Translations under genes and position numbers: made by a program
NCBI GenBank assembly: GCA_964342815.1
Contig: CAYFHS010000031.1
Span: forward strand, 1-48,052
Length of the DNA: 48,052 nt
Reading direction: 5' to 3'
From: an uncultured archaeon
Lineage (GTDB): Archaea > Thermoplasmatota > Penumbrarchaeia > JASLWR01
The notes under the pieces: generated by a model
Told to the model about the DNA's origin: nothing
Seen by the model: only the letters and a program-made list of their open reading frames with translations
Database searches by the model: none
Shown: piece by piece, positions 47,494-48,052 of the stretch
Layout: every line of letters starts with the position of its first letter
Position numbering within the stretch: position 1 is the first letter of the stretch

Positions 47494-48052
47494 CTATACG
47501 GGTTGCCAAGCACTCTTACGATACAAATAACCAGTTTCTCCAAAAAAATATGTGACATCCGTAGCAAGGTGCTTTACATAAGTTAGTTTATTGTCAAGAT
47601 TCTCATAAACAATAAACGAATCAAATGGTGATAAAATAGGGAGCCGTGCATGGGATACAATTAGCTTTTCATTCGTACCATCAGAATCAGAGAGGTAAAT
47701 ATTAGTTTCGTTAATAGGGGCAGTATTTGAATCCTTTCTGGTATAAATAATATTCTTACCATCAGAAGAAAACTGAATAATATTATTGCGATAATTATCA
47801 TATAAGAGAGTTTTATTAGTTCCATCAGAATCTATTGTGTAAATACTGCGATCCCCATCAGTTCCCTCATAAGTGTATATGACACGTCCATCTGGAGTCC
47901 ATCCTTCTATCATACCATACCAATTACTTCCCATTTTATTTCCTTCAGTATCGATTACATAAGAGGTAGGGTTCAAAGCATTATAACCACCCCAAATACA
48001 ATACGCAAGTAATGTTCTATCAGGAGACAAATATGGTGGGAAATCAGTCGCA
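47494..48052 (-). CDS. TolB/WD40-like (PD40) beta-propeller protein, 5' end beyond the window
   Basis: Repeats LSPDRTLLAY, WTPDGRVIY, FSSDGKNIIY and IDSDGTN/SDSDGTN. The frame stays open to the window edge (..ATDFPPY-LSPD). Confidence 0.75.
   Translation of the reverse strand, partial: ATDFPPYLSPDRTLLAYCIWGGYNALNPTSYVIDTEGNKMGSNWYGMIEGWTPDGRVIYTYEGTDGDRSIYTIDSDGTNKTLLYDNYRNNIIQFSSDGKNIIYTRKDSNTAPINETNIYLSDSDGTNEKLIVSHARLPILSPFDSFIVYENLDNKLTYVKHLATDVTYFFGETGYLYRKSAWQPV

Noticed and set aside
1-48052. tRNA or rRNA genes
   Set aside because: I found no T-loop GTTCRA within a cloverleaf context and no rRNA-like conserved blocks in any intergenic region. A tRNAscan-SE/barrnap run would confirm this.

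Overview
About 37 protein-coding genes. The sequence is most likely archaeal and Thermoplasmatota-like; this is inferred from TATA-like AT-rich promoters, an archaeal-type class III pilin/VirB11/TadC locus, and large PKD, FG-GAP and TSP3 surface proteins. Left to right: (1) a type I restriction-modification operon, hsdR-hsdM-yhcG-like nuclease-hsdS, ending in a truncated AAA/ABC ATPase; (2) a surface/membrane block with two giant repeat proteins, two tandem PiT transporters, an 879-aa modular membrane protein and an orphan antitoxin-like gene; (3) ygeW, an ABC-2 exporter whose PKD-containing permease is interrupted by an in-frame TAG, an amidohydrolase, a DtxR-fold regulator with Cys-substituted metal sites, and a POT peptide transporter with a fused C-terminal domain; (4) a five-gene type IV pilus/Tad-like operon; (5) divergently, a complete bzd-type class I benzoyl-CoA reductase operon, bzdNOPQM-bzdV. 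The bzd operon is headed by a 47-aa DUF2080-like gene that the ORF track missed, a GNAT gene and palindromic operator-like sites. This head module is my best candidate for an undescribed system: a possible acyl-CoA-sensing regulator of anaerobic aromatic ring reduction. I found no tRNA, rRNA, CRISPR array or transposase. All family assignments come from motif recognition by eye; no database searches were run.
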